Positions 63,501 to 64,000 of a stretch of DNA of 64,000 nucleotides are shown piece by piece. The position numbers and the translations under genes are program-made. The notes beneath the pieces are model-generated. The model saw nothing but the letters and a program-made list of their open reading frames with translations, had not been told where the DNA came from and made no database searches. Each line of letters starts with the position of its first letter. Positions within the stretch are counted from its first letter, which is position 1. The DNA lies in NCBI RefSeq assembly GCF_001194135.2, contig NC_068985.1, forward strand, positions 59,282,941 to 59,346,940, written 5' to 3'. The DNA comes from Octopus bimaculoides. Its lineage: Eukaryota.

Positions 63501-64000
63501 CACCCATCAGTGGCTACGGTGCTCAGGGATAAAGGCAGAGAGCGAAGGCTTCAGCTTAGCTACTCAAGATCAAAGCTTATTGATCCAGAAGCAACAGGCC
63601 AGTGTGCTGAGAAGTTGAGCTGATCCAAAGTGACGATTCTGCAACGATGAGATTGAAACAGTAGGCCTACCTAATCTCTGGATAAAAAGTTTTAGTACCA
63701 GTGCAGTATAAATCAAGAGATGATACAGTTAGCCAATATTTATACTGGTTAATATGTCGGCATTATAAAATGAAATGTGTTGACAATTCGCATATGCACC
63801 ACTGAAACTTTCCTATACATACAGACAGAACCATCAAAGCTAATAAACTTAATGTTATTGTGAAAGACCAATGCAATAAAGTTTGTTTATTGATTAGCAT
63901 GCGTATTACTTGTGATCATATCTCGGCAAAACAATTTGACAAGCTTAGAAAATATAAAGATTTGCTCATTGAAATCGAGAAAATGTGGCATCTCAAGGCG
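60600..64000 (+). mobile_element. Near-full-length degraded R4/Dong element (N-term, RT, CCHC region, RLE), running off the window
   Basis: HLDENKIANVRR, KLFTSNAKIFYREI, YRPIT.LSTTYK, GIFQGESLS, ISHLLHMEDFKLY, DIGMEFGLDKCAK, HQWLRCSGIKAESEGF..QDQSL, FPIHTDRTIKAN, KYKDLLIEIEKMWHLK. Confidence 0.9.
62837..63045 (+). mobile_element. Full SINE family A inserted into the R4/Dong element, 16-bp TSD
   Basis: TSD AATATGTT(G/T)AACTGGA at 62821-62836 and 63046-63061. Confidence 0.92.

Overview
This is AT-rich, microsatellite-saturated animal DNA with about 13 N-gaps, most of them flanked by (TA)n. The repeat families look cephalopod and most resemble Octopus; that assignment is inferred from pattern recognition, not from a database search. 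The window is almost all transposon debris. It holds several R4/Dong-type RLE LINEs, mostly embedded in (TAA)n tracts, and at least four Penelope-like (PLE) RT/GIY-YIG fragments. It also holds two mariner relics, one pogo/Tigger relic, one hAT relic, about 20 tRNA-type SINE copies (several with visible TSDs), three fold-back/MITE-like palindromes and a complex tandem array of about 3.4 kb. No intact long ORF is present, and most ORF-track entries are microsatellite or N-gap artefacts. The most notable signals are RNA motifs. An intact type I hammerhead ribozyme lies at the 3' end of a PLE (16317-16380), and several degenerate hammerhead-like relics lie at other PLE-type ends. A pair of direct repeats 737 bp apart (37453-38317) carries all hammerhead core elements, with stems I and III in exact register but in a non-canonical, pseudoknotted strand order. 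Four phase-compatible candidate exons (48558-54696) may be the 3' end of an unrecognised host gene.
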